Part shown: in pieces, positions 8,001-16,075 of the stretch
Layout of the letters: every line of letters begins with the position of its first letter
Numbering within the stretch: position 1 is the stretch's first letter
Assembly: GCA_964565945.1 (NCBI GenBank)
Contig: CAZMGY010000011.1
Coordinates: 1-32,000 of the forward strand
Length of the DNA: 32,000 nucleotides
Direction of reading: 5' to 3'
Source: an uncultured bacterium
GTDB taxonomy: Bacteria; GCA-001730085
Program-made: the position numbers and the translations under genes
The notes under the pieces: generated by a model
What the model saw: the letters and a program-made list of their open reading frames with translations, nothing else
The model's database searches: none
Told to the model about the DNA's origin: nothing

Positions 8001-8674
8001 ACAGAGGTGGTTTGAATCAAAAAATCTTGCAAGATGTTTTGGATCGCTGGGAAAGTTTTTCTGCAGTGGAACGAATGAATGGAGTTTTTGTTGATAATTA
8101 TGCCTTGGGTTTGGATCAAAGGGTATCGCTCGAACTTCTTGTGAAGTGGGTGCATAACAATCGTCGTCGAATCACAATTCAAAAACCCCGTTTTTTGCCT
8201 GAATTTAGTTCGTGGCATGTTTCGGATGAATGTTATGAGATTGAGGTAAATCCATCTTATCAAACTTGGCCTGAATATGAAGCTTTGTTGCAGTCTCAGA
8301 TTGTACGTAATGTGTTAGAAATGTATCTGACTGACCGTTTGCGTTTACAGAGAATAGATGCTGACAAGATTCGTTTAAGGTACTCCCAACAGTGGTTTGC
8401 TTGGCTTTATGAGTACCAGGTGATTATGATGGCTGTTTTATATGGAGATCAGTTAGACCAAATACGTCAAGCGTTTAAGCGTTATGAACAAAAGATACAT
8501 CCTTGGCAAGAGCACTCTACTGTTCTAAATGATGTGTTTAGCCGTACATTTGAGCAATTACAACAGGACAGAGCAATGTATGATATAAAAGGTGCTGAGA
8601 TTCAAAATTGGATTCGAAGATCTAATATATACAATCAAACAAGGTTTAATCTTAAAATACTTGTGGCTGCGTAA
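5081..8674 (+). CDS. P1B-type (heavy-metal) P-type ATPase-like fusion protein, 1197 aa, with atypical core motifs and extra N- and C-terminal regions
   Basis: Ordered P1B landmarks are all present. A-domain: FNGESKAVPL (6176-6187). TM motif: CACPFLVGIPLA (6464-). Phosphorylation site: LDKTDTIT (6587-6601). N-domain: ESNPYARVI (6725-6730). Also VASGDTKNS (7169-7177), AEVTPRQKTIIVYWLQNDG, GMIGDGTNDTMALKMADVGFSF (7487-7504), then two C-terminal hydrophobic helices. It starts 5 nt after the DUF1111 stop. Confidence 0.8.
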   Translation: MVKRMKHLVKKYSWVLVQVIFCFISGTVLPSSVAWGLAPQSQVNSLAQVDWKNVPRNESQSSFITALDKSEESLDKDRSVKEFTFEEKIADLSRGQQFFLKLPVEYLYLFSIIFVLIYIFSGGNFYSFILLGVGLLPFLHWVWLKIEPYWAKTLAKSLNWLRNKEAFLVFFAALLLVIEIMGHIGIVLGPFSTVFFVIGLVGVILFALPMIYNGFLVLMYFFEKLFRGENPFEELNEEFTKGLAFFLLIFLPLVTGAFPLDLVAVALIAVVIQLAEVLEEHMIKMKDKAVEDLKREIPDQVRVVRWGDKVFETDQLPTVPLERVEKALAKGTSIVVRVLRNEPVPKIDGYVAGFEEATRVDKSAFNGESKAVPLKEYDFLEGGSLVLNGYVDIRVDKAGDETEIGKIEASLTEFDPKGFSEVKALSDKVIKYFGLGLILIALVGFVVSGSWMVTIAALAAVCACPFLVGIPLAFVAARQNMATKNIAIRKNESFSPINVLVLDKTDTITVNKKMKLDPKQPVWMFDANEDPKVLLYQAAVVERELEESNPYARVIMNQALEDGWTRAQINKELLTSFDAKSRGAWGYVQGRRLFLGNMKQLRQVTQGDIVQENLIQDKVDSFSAEGITPIVAYDLEAGKPLGVLRVTQHLREGVDQLINNFLDMGKLTWYQKIFNVLSKKMFHFEPYPKNILPMVASGDTKNSVKYVLKQTPIKFGMAEVTPRQKTIIVYWLQNDGNVDKIKQELQGRQEPLVFNWHEFKKKFLNDDEGRAFLKKYRKLEKSLKAGEDKPVIKSNPNRVGMIGDGTNDTMALKMADVGFSFESATKFSKSAADVLLGDGDDVFKNLNTFLKMQRRTYTTIFINIFIVAVIWNLMMVSLIFAGILEPQIAALLHSMNTVLVILLSLALMAKPGTHFKELFFGGSSSSKEKEDSAKPKPKKAIVASDEGDEQHKHKNPHASCKLCQKIVAKPKPEDRGGLNQKILQDVLDRWESFSAVERMNGVFVDNYALGLDQRVSLELLVKWVHNNRRRITIQKPRFLPEFSSWHVSDECYEIEVNPSYQTWPEYEALLQSQIVRNVLEMYLTDRLRLQRIDADKIRLRYSQQWFAWLYEYQVIMMAVLYGDQLDQIRQAFKRYEQKIHPWQEHSTVLNDVFSRTFEQLQQDRAMYDIKGAEIQNWIRRSNIYNQTRFNLKILVAA

Positions 8675-9191
8675 TTGCACTTTTGGTAACTTTTCCCCTT
8701 GTTGCCTGGCAGCAAAATGTTATCAAACATTTGCAAGAGGAAGACTCAGAGTCTGCGTTATCAATAAAAAAAACAGGTCGAAAATGCGACAGGTTTTGAA
8801 ATTGGCATGGGACTCACCATGGTTGTGCAAAATGTATGGGGTGTCAATAGACTAGATTTATGTTAGCACTGATTCACTGTACATTTTGTCTTGATTTTAA
8901 GCAGTATGTGTCCGCTGTTTGGGTGCATAGTAGGGTCTTGAGGTGAAGTTTTCCAGAGATCTTGCTTATAAATCACATAAAAAGACTTTATCCTAATATG
9001 TCCTAAGCGAAGCCTGTTAAGGGTTTTCGTGTGATAAGAGTTCTCGTTTTTTGTGTGCTTCGATCGTAAATATAGTTAAATTGACGAGCTTATTAGGGTG
9101 TGTTTCAAAAAAAAACGATTTGGGTTTGGGAATAAATGATGTAAAATAGAAACTGGTTTTAGGGAATCTGTCACAATAAGGAAGAGATTTT

Positions 9192-9986
9192 ATGATCAAG
9201 CGGTTGATACTTTTAGGTTTGTTGTTGAACTTTGTGGGCATTTCTGGCTTGCAGGCTCGTTTGATTAAACAAGATATCAATTACAAAGTGGAAGGCACCT
9301 CTTTTAAAGGCTATTTGGTTTACGACAATGCGTTTAAAAATCAGCGACCTGGTATTTTAGTTGTGCATGAGTGGTGGGGGCACAACGCTTATGCGCGTAA
9401 GCGTGCGGAGATGATGGCGCAGCTGGGTTATGTTGCCTTAGCTGTTGATATGTATGGCAACGGTCGGCAAGCTAGCCATCCTAAAGATGCAGGTAAATTT
9501 GCTTCGGCGGTGATGGAGAATTTACCAGAAGCTACTAAGCGTTTTCAAGCGGCTATGGATATTCTTAAAGCCAACACTTTCACCAATAGTCGGAAGATTG
9601 GTGCTATTGGGTATTGCTTCGGGGGGGGTGTGGTGTTACATATGGCACGTTTAGGTTTGCCTCTTAAAGGTGTGGTGAGTTTTCACGGAAGTTTGGGAAC
9701 AGCTATTCCAACTCAAAAAGGCCAAGTCAAAGCTCGCATTTTGGTGTGTAATGGAGCGGCTGATCCATTTGTGTCATCTGAAGCAATTAAATCTTTTAAA
9801 CAAGAAATGAGAGATGCCGATGTTGATTTTCGTTTTATCAACTACGATGGCGCTACTCATAGTTTCACCCAACCTCAGGCCGATGAGTTAGGCCGAAAGT
9901 TTGGTTTGCCACTTGCCTATAACGCTCAGGCCGATCGCGAGTCTTGGCAAGAAATGCAAGCCTTTTTTAAGAAAGTTTTTGTTTAG
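9192..9986 (+). CDS. Secreted dienelactone hydrolase family protein
   Basis: Signal peptide MIKRLILLGLLLNFVGISGLQA. DLH nucleophile block GAIGYCFGGG, and a C-terminal DGATHSF histidine block. RBS AAGGAAG. Confidence 0.85.
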   Translation: MIKRLILLGLLLNFVGISGLQARLIKQDINYKVEGTSFKGYLVYDNAFKNQRPGILVVHEWWGHNAYARKRAEMMAQLGYVALAVDMYGNGRQASHPKDAGKFASAVMENLPEATKRFQAAMDILKANTFTNSRKIGAIGYCFGGGVVLHMARLGLPLKGVVSFHGSLGTAIPTQKGQVKARILVCNGAADPFVSSEAIKSFKQEMRDADVDFRFINYDGATHSFTQPQADELGRKFGLPLAYNAQADRESWQEMQAFFKKVFV

Positions 9987-10169
9987 AAAAAGCTGTCTAA
10001 AGCTTTACTGGCTTGTCCTAAGGCCTTTTGTTTGAGTTGTTCCTTGGCTTTTTAAAAAGAGACGGGGCTTCGGAAGATTTGTTATCAAGATTCTGTAAAG
10101 ATAATAAGTTGCTATTTTGACAAAAGAATGCATTAACCTTATCAATCAAGTAAGTTATTTTTTCTTTGT

Positions 10170-10781
10170 TTATGTAAGATATGATCCAGTATAGCATGTT
10201 TGAGATGGATAGCACCAACAGGAGGTGAGATGGTCGTTAACCAGACCAACAGCTTGCATATAGGCATACATAATGGTTGATCCGACAAAAGACATGCCGC
10301 GCTTTTTAAGGTCTTTGGATAATGCGTCGCTGTGGGTGGGGGAAACGGGGAGTTCCTCGAAGCTTTGCCAGTGATTTTGGATGGGCTGATAGTTCACAAA
10401 GCTCCACAGGTAGCTGTCGAATGAACCAAATTCTTGCTGAACGGCTATAAAGATCCTCGCATTGGTGCGCGTGGCTCTGATTTTGAGACGGTTGCGAATA
10501 ATATTTGGATTAAGACACAAGTCTTCGAGTTCTTGATTGGACATGCCTGCAACGCAATGAACATCAAAGCCATGAAAGGCTTTGCGATAACCGGCTCTTT
10601 TTTTAAGAACGGTTTCCCAACTTAAACCCGCTTGAGCTCCCTCGAGAATAAGCATCTCAAAGAGCAGTCGATCATCGTGCACGGGGATGCCCCATTCGTG
10701 ATCATGATAATCGGCATAAAATTGCTGATTCGGTTTATTGCCAAAACAGCGAACAGATTGGATTGGTGATACATACTTCAT
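10170..10781 (-). CDS. tag: DNA-3-methyladenine glycosylase I
   Basis: The N-terminal Tag signature RCFGNKPNQQFYADYHDHEWGIPVHDDRLLFEMLILEGAQAGLSW is present, with the C-terminal DHLTSC zinc-ligand region. Confidence 0.9.
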   Translation of the reverse strand: MKYVSPIQSVRCFGNKPNQQFYADYHDHEWGIPVHDDRLLFEMLILEGAQAGLSWETVLKKRAGYRKAFHGFDVHCVAGMSNQELEDLCLNPNIIRNRLKIRATRTNARIFIAVQQEFGSFDSYLWSFVNYQPIQNHWQSFEELPVSPTHSDALSKDLKKRGMSFVGSTIMYAYMQAVGLVNDHLTSCWCYPSQTCYTGSYLT

Positions 10782-11131
10782 AAACTTAGGTTAGCTAGGG
10801 TGGGTGGACTTGTCAATAGATCTCAAATAAGAAGGATCTTAAAGAGCCAGATAGTGGTAAAATAGCCCTGTTTCGTTAAGCGTACAGATGTTCTCCTTTG
10901 TGTCATTGGAATGTAGGACTAGGTCAAAAGGTGGACATCGTGGGTCTCGGAGGTTTAGGCCACATTGCCGAAAAATTTTCCATTGGGGAGAAGGGCTTTA
11001 TTGCGGTAATCCAAGATAGCGAAGGCAGGACGTATTGCTACTGAACAGTATGCAATAATCGGCTGTTTGGGGCATTTAAAGCTTAAGTTTTAGTACCTTT
11101 TATCAAGAATGTGCTTGTTAATAGAATTATC

Positions 11132-11160
11132 TTGAAAATGAATTTCAAGTTCTGTATAGT
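11132..11160 (+). promoter_or_regulatory. Candidate sigma70 promoter of the Fe(III) ABC operon (TTGAAA-17-TATAGT)
   Basis: TTGAAA at 11132-11137, 17-nt spacer, TATAGT at 11155-11160. RBS AAGGAGGGG precedes the ATG at 11215. Confidence 0.5.
11133..11147. promoter_or_regulatory. 15-bp palindromic operator candidate TGAAAATGAATTTCA (Fur-box-like 7-1-7)
   Basis: By my count it matches 11 of 14 positions of TGATAATnATTATCA. It is 13/15 identical to 2470-2484. It overlaps the -35 hexamer and spacer of the promoter. Confidence 0.5.
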
Positions 11161-11214
11161 GGATTTATTTTTTAGGATAAATCCTTGTGGATTAAATGAA
11201 GTAAAGGAGGGGAT

Positions 11215-12201
11215 ATGATGCGGTTAGGACAGAGGCTCTTGGTGTGTATGGTATTGGTGAGTTCATGGGCGCATGCGGAGGAATTGACGATTTATTCGGG
11301 ACGTTCCGAAAAATTAGTGGGGCCCATTCTTAAGCAATTTGAAGAAGAAACGGGAGTGAAGTTAAATATTCGTTATGGCAAAACGCCTCAACTTGCAGCA
11401 GCCATTATCGAAGAAGGACGTCGTTCCCCAGCCGATATTTTTTATGCCCAAGATGGGGGTGCTTTAGGTGCTCTGGCCGAAGAATCTTTGCTAACAGCGA
11501 TTAGTGATAATCTGATTGGTCAAGTCGATGTACGTTTTGTTTCTCCAACGGGCAGCTGGATTGGCATCACTGGACGTGCTCGCACGGTCGATTACAACAC
11601 TGAGGCTGTCAATCTCGATGAGTTACCCAATTCGATTTGGGGGTTTTTGGACAAACGTTGGTCACAAGGAAGGATTGGTTGGGCCCCTTTGAATAGTTCG
11701 TTTCAATCTTTTGTGGCGGCTCTTTTGGTGACGCAGGGCGAAGAGCGCACGCGTTTATGGTTGCGTGGAATTCTAGCCAATCAGCCACAAGTTTATCCTA
11801 AAAACACACCAATTGTGGCGGCTTTAGGGCGGGGAGAAATTGAAGTTGGTTTTGTGAATAATTACTATTTGCATCGCTTTTTGGCCAAAAACCCTAACTT
11901 TCCAGTGGCTCATCACTACACCAAAGGAGACGCTGGTTCGATGATTAACATTGCTGGGATGGGAATTCTACGTTCGTCGAACAAAACAGAGTTGGCGGAA
12001 AAGTTGATTCAATATTTGCTATCGGCCAAAGCCCAAACTTATTTTGCCGAAAATACCTTTGAATATCCCTTAGTGAAAGGTGTGAATGTGCAAGGTCCTC
12101 AGAAAACATTGCAAGATGTGCCAGCACCTGATTTGGATTTGAGTAACTTGAAACGTATTCGCGAAGCGGTTCGAATTCTCAAAGACGAAAGGGTGCTCTA
12201 G
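11215..12201 (+). CDS. Fe(III) ABC transporter periplasmic substrate-binding protein (FbpA/AfuA/FutA family)
   Basis: Signal peptide MMRLGQRLLVCMVLVSSWAHA. The family-typical N-terminal block ELTIYSGRSEKLVGPILKQFEEETGVKLNIRYG and SPADIFYAQD are present. Confidence 0.85.
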   Translation: MMRLGQRLLVCMVLVSSWAHAEELTIYSGRSEKLVGPILKQFEEETGVKLNIRYGKTPQLAAAIIEEGRRSPADIFYAQDGGALGALAEESLLTAISDNLIGQVDVRFVSPTGSWIGITGRARTVDYNTEAVNLDELPNSIWGFLDKRWSQGRIGWAPLNSSFQSFVAALLVTQGEERTRLWLRGILANQPQVYPKNTPIVAALGRGEIEVGFVNNYYLHRFLAKNPNFPVAHHYTKGDAGSMINIAGMGILRSSNKTELAEKLIQYLLSAKAQTYFAENTFEYPLVKGVNVQGPQKTLQDVPAPDLDLSNLKRIREAVRILKDERVL

Positions 12202-12206
12202 ATTTT

Positions 12207-13745
12207 ATGATTCAGCGTTGCTATGGGGGCTTGTTGAGCTTTATCCTGCTTTTGCCATTGGTCTATGTGGCGATCCATGTCTATCAATTTGGTTGGCAGT
12301 GGGGCGATTTTTTAGGGCAGCCAGATTTATGGCGAGCTGTCCAAGGATCGGTGGTTTTGGTGTTTGCAGTGGTATTACTGTCGTGTGTTTTGGCTTTGCC
12401 AGCGGCTCTCTTGCTCGAAAAAACCGATCTGCCTTGGAGATCTTTTTGGAATATGTGCTTTGTGTTGCCAATGGCAATACCTAGTTTTGCTGGGAGCTTT
12501 GCTTTGATTTCAGCCTTAGGCCCTAAGGGAAGCTTGGTGGCCAACTTACTGAAGCTGGAGTCCCTACCCTCGATTTATGGGCTTCCAGGAGCCGTTCTAG
12601 GAATTTCTTTGTTTACGTTTCCTTATATTTTTTTAGCGGCTCAGGTGGCTTTACGGTCAATGAGTCCTAACCTTGATGAGGTCGCGTTAACGATGGGGGT
12701 GAAACGCCGTTATTTGGTGTTACGCCTATGGTTGCCTTATCTTAAAAAACCTGTGCTCGCGGGGGTTCTTCTGGTTGGATTTTATGCCTTGAGTGATTTT
12801 GGAACACCGACGTTGATGCGTTATACCAGTTTAACGCAAGAGATTTATTTAGCTTACAGTGCTTATTTTGACCGGCAATACGCGGCTGTTCTTAATGTTA
12901 TTTTGGTTGGGATTGCTTTGGTGTTTCTCTGGTTCGAACGGCGTTACCGAGGTCGAACACAACATTTGGAATGTGATCGCGATATGCGCAGAAAGGCCTA
13001 TCGTATTTCGTTAGGGCGTTACCGATATTTGGCGTGGCTGTGGTGTGGCCTGGTGGTGATGCTTTCTTTAGTGATTCCAGTGGGTGTGATGCTGTATTGG
13101 TTAAGTCAGGGGGTGGAGCGCGTATGTGTTTTGAGTGTGTTGCAGCGTTTATTGCCTTCGATGGGTGTGGCCGCTGGTGTGGCTTGTTTGATTACGTGTG
13201 TGATGTATCCAGTCGCCTATTGGGTTCAGCGTAAAGACGGTTACTGGAAACATGTGGAGGGATGCGTTTATGTGGGGTCAGCCATTCCAGGTTTGGTGAT
13301 TGCTTTGGCACTTATTTTTTTAAGCCGTTTTTTGCCAGCCTCCTTCTATCAGTCGTATGGCCTTTTGCTGGTGGGTTATTTGATTTTGTTTGGCGTAAAA
13401 AGCTTTGTGGTGTTGCGTTCGGCGGTGGCTGAAGTTTCAGTGCGCTTGGAAGAAGCGGCGCGCACGCTTGGTGTTAATGAATGGGGCGCTTTTAAGTATG
13501 TGACCTTTCCTTTGACCCGAACAGCTTTGGGAGCATCGTTTATTTTGATTTTTGTGGCGGTGATCAAAGAGTTACCGATCACCTTGTTGTTGGCACCGAT
13601 GGGCTATCAAAGTTTAGCCACCCATATATGGATGAGCACGGAAGAAGCTTTTTTTGCCGAAGCTGCTTTGTCATCTTTGCTCTTGCTCGGGATGGCTGGA
13701 TTGGCTATGATGATGATTTTAAGACAACAAAAGAGGACAGCATGA
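12207..13745 (+). CDS. Fe(III) ABC transporter permease, duplicated two-module type (FbpB/AfuB-like)
   Basis: 512 aa and highly hydrophobic. It has two repeated permease modules, each with an EAA-like loop (LDEVALTMGV..., LEEAARTLGV...). It starts 5 nt after the substrate-binding protein stop. Confidence 0.85.
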   Translation: MIQRCYGGLLSFILLLPLVYVAIHVYQFGWQWGDFLGQPDLWRAVQGSVVLVFAVVLLSCVLALPAALLLEKTDLPWRSFWNMCFVLPMAIPSFAGSFALISALGPKGSLVANLLKLESLPSIYGLPGAVLGISLFTFPYIFLAAQVALRSMSPNLDEVALTMGVKRRYLVLRLWLPYLKKPVLAGVLLVGFYALSDFGTPTLMRYTSLTQEIYLAYSAYFDRQYAAVLNVILVGIALVFLWFERRYRGRTQHLECDRDMRRKAYRISLGRYRYLAWLWCGLVVMLSLVIPVGVMLYWLSQGVERVCVLSVLQRLLPSMGVAAGVACLITCVMYPVAYWVQRKDGYWKHVEGCVYVGSAIPGLVIALALIFLSRFLPASFYQSYGLLLVGYLILFGVKSFVVLRSAVAEVSVRLEEAARTLGVNEWGAFKYVTFPLTRTALGASFILIFVAVIKELPITLLLAPMGYQSLATHIWMSTEEAFFAEAALSSLLLLGMAGLAMMMILRQQKRTA

Positions 13746-14389
13746 GTTCTTATTTAAACGTAAGTTCACTTCAAATCACTTACTCGTCGGGGTGTTGTGT
13801 AGGACCCTATGCCTTTGAGGTGGTGCAAGGAGAGCTCGTGGCTGTGGTTGGTCCGAGTGGGGCAGGTAAGACCACTTTGTTGCGTATCTTGGCTGGGTTG
13901 GTTCAACCCGATCATGGTCAGGTTATTTTGGATCAAAATGTCTTGAGTGATGATAAAACTTTTTTGCCACCGAATAAGCGCCGGGTTGGTTTGGTGTTTC
14001 AAGATTACGTCCTGTTTCCGCATTTAACTGTCGAACAAAATATTGCCTTTGCCTTTAAAGTGATTGGACAGCCTTTTTCAGCCGAAGAGATAGAGATGCG
14101 ACTCCACAAGGTGCGACTTAAGGGCATGCTAAAGCGCTACCCTCACGAATTATCGGGAGGGCAGCAACAACGTGTTGCCTTGATTCGGGCTTTAGCTGCT
14201 GAACCAAAACTCCTCTTGATGGATGAGCCTTTTGCCAGTCTTGATGCCCAACTGCGAGATGATGTGATTCTCGAAACAATGGACACCTTACGTCAGTTGA
14301 AAATGACGAGCCTGATTGTGACCCATAATCCCCAGGAGCTTGAAGCTCATGTGGATCGCGTTTTAGATCTCAGTTGTGAAAACTTTTAG
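13742..14389 (+). CDS. ABC transporter ATP-binding protein (FbpC-like)
   Basis: Walker A GPSGAGKTT, signature LSGGQQQRV, Walker B LLLMDEPF. I prefer ATG 13742 (MSSYLNV), which forms an ATGA overlap with the permease stop. The track start 13628 lies inside the permease gene. Confidence 0.85.
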   Translation: MSSYLNVSSLQITYSSGCCVGPYAFEVVQGELVAVVGPSGAGKTTLLRILAGLVQPDHGQVILDQNVLSDDKTFLPPNKRRVGLVFQDYVLFPHLTVEQNIAFAFKVIGQPFSAEEIEMRLHKVRLKGMLKRYPHELSGGQQQRVALIRALAAEPKLLLMDEPFASLDAQLRDDVILETMDTLRQLKMTSLIVTHNPQELEAHVDRVLDLSCENF

Positions 14390-14591
14390 GGCTGTTAGGC
14401 GAATTGTGAAATATTTTTGCCACAATCATATCTTTTAGTTCTTTGGGACTTGTATTGGTTATGAGGTATAGCAGCCTTATTTTTGGGCGCGTTGCTTATT
14501 TTTGAGCTTTCTGAATGCCATGAGCCTCCACTAAGTGGCTGATCCTTTGATTATGCGATACAATAAGACCTTTTGAGTTAAAGGAGGGCTT

Positions 14592-15587
14592 ATGGATCGC
14601 TTAGCAAGTGTGCAGCGTCTTGCCGATGAAGAACCTTATGAAGTCCCCTTGCGGCCTCAATGTCTTGACGACTTTCTCGGTCAGGAGACGGTTAAAGAAC
14701 AATTACAGTTGTTCATTGATGCGGCACGTTTGCGCGAGGAGCCTCTAGATCATGTGCTGTTGTCGGGTCCTCCAGGTTTGGGCAAAACCACCTTGTCGCA
14801 TATTATTGCCAAAGAGATGGGGGTTCAGTTACATTTGGTTTCGGGACCTCTGCTTGAACGTCCCGCCAATTTGGTTGGCTTATTAACTAACTTGAACAAG
14901 CATGATGTGCTGTTTATCGATGAAATCCATCGTATTAATCCGATGGTCGAAGAATACCTATACCCTGCCATGGAAGATTTTGCGATTGATATCATTGTTG
15001 ATAAGGGGCCGAATGCTCGTGCGTTGCACCTGAATTTATCTCCGTTCACGTTGATTGGGGCCACCACACGCAGTGGCTTACTGACATCGCCTTTACGTTC
15101 GCGTTTTGGGGTGATTTCCCGTTTGGATTTTTACAAGCCCGAGGAGCTTGGGCATATTGTGTTGCGTTCGGCGGGCATATTGAATATTCCGATCGATGAT
15201 GATGGGGCGATGGAGATTGCCCGTCGTTCGCGAGGGACAGCCCGGATTGCCAATCGTTTGCTGCGTCGTGTGCGCGATTATGCTCAGGTGCGCGGTAATG
15301 GCCAAGTGACTTTACTGATTGCTCAGCAAGCGGCTAGCATGCTTAATATCGATCATCATGGTTTGGATGATATGGACAAATTGATTTTAGGGGCTTTGAT
15401 TAATAAGTTTGATGGAGGACCAGTGGGGATTAATACCTTATCGGTGGTTGTGGGCGAAGAAGTTGATACGCTTGAACATGTGTATGAACCCTATTTGATT
15501 ATGCAAGGTTTTATTAAGCGCACACCGAGTGGTCGCAAAGCCACAGCTTTGGCTTATGATGCTTTGGGTATTAAGGTGCGTTTATGA
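14592..15587 (+). CDS. ruvB: Holliday junction branch-migration helicase RuvB
   Basis: [13 protein letters not shown], Walker [11 protein letters not shown], Walker [10 protein letters not shown], and the sensor region [29 protein letters not shown]. Confidence 0.95.
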   Translation: MDRLASVQRLADEEPYEVPLRPQCLDDFLGQETVKEQLQLFIDAARLREEPLDHVLLSGPPGLGKTTLSHIIAKEMGVQLHLVSGPLLERPANLVGLLTNLNKHDVLFIDEIHRINPMVEEYLYPAMEDFAIDIIVDKGPNARALHLNLSPFTLIGATTRSGLLTSPLRSRFGVISRLDFYKPEELGHIVLRSAGILNIPIDDDGAMEIARRSRGTARIANRLLRRVRDYAQVRGNGQVTLLIAQQAASMLNIDHHGLDDMDKLILGALINKFDGGPVGINTLSVVVGEEVDTLEHVYEPYLIMQGFIKRTPSGRKATALAYDALGIKVRL

Positions 15588-16075
15588 AACGCCACATCAT
15601 TATGGATGGCTACAATGTGATGCACCGTTGGGCGAATGAACGCTTTATGTTACTGTCTGCTGGTCTCGAACAGAAACGCGATGCCTTTGTGAAGCAATTG
15701 CAGGATTATCAGGACTTGCAAGGCGAAGAACTCACGATTGTGTTTGATGGTTATTCGGGGCGTGACAAGGGTTCGAGTGTTAAGAGGGGGCAAACGAAAG
15801 CTTCGCCACGGCAGGTGAAAGTGCTTTTCTCGAAAACTAAGCAAAGCGCTGATACGGTGATTGAGGCGATGGTGGCTCAAGATAAGCACCCGCAAAGCTT
15901 GCTTGTGGTGACAGCCGATCGACAAATCGCTCAATTGGTGCGAGGATATGGGGCGCAGGTGTGGAGTCCTGAATTTTTAGAACAAGATTTGAAACAGGTG
16001 TTAGCAAGTATGCGTAAGGATTTAGACTTTCAAGTGCTTAAACCCAAAGGATGGCGAGTGGAGGATCGATTATGA
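15584..16075 (+). CDS. NYN-domain protein, YacP/Rae1-like (PIN-like ribonuclease fold)
   Basis: Ordered acidic blocks [21 protein letters not shown] and VVTADRQI, as in YacP-like NYN proteins. ATGA overlap with the ruvB stop. Confidence 0.7.
   Translation: MKRHIIMDGYNVMHRWANERFMLLSAGLEQKRDAFVKQLQDYQDLQGEELTIVFDGYSGRDKGSSVKRGQTKASPRQVKVLFSKTKQSADTVIEAMVAQDKHPQSLLVVTADRQIAQLVRGYGAQVWSPEFLEQDLKQVLASMRKDLDFQVLKPKGWRVEDRL

Noticed and set aside
8592-9280. Track ORFs 8592-8855(+) and 9017-9280(-) in the 517-nt spacer between the ATPase and the dienelactone hydrolase gene
   Set aside because: The first starts inside the ATPase gene out of frame. The second runs antisense across the hydrolase promoter, RBS and start. 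Neither has an RBS or any motif. The spacer also shows no convincing terminator or repeat.
10931-11044. A 37-codon frame, VDIVGLGGLGHIAEKFSIGEKGFIAVIQDSEGRTYCY*, resembling the C-terminal strand pattern of VOC/glyoxalase-family proteins (…G.G.A.…D.EG…)
   Set aside because: There is no ATG or RBS, and an in-frame stop lies about 50 codons upstream of its own stop. The resemblance is too short to distinguish a decayed gene remnant from chance. It is not reported as a feature; a tblastn or HMM search of the 10782-11214 spacer would decide.
13628-13741. Longer N-terminus for the ABC ATPase (track start 13628)
   Set aside because: The extension lies wholly within the permease coding region in another frame and adds non-ABC sequence. 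ATG 13742 gives a normal distance to the Walker A motif and a typical ATGA coupling overlap.
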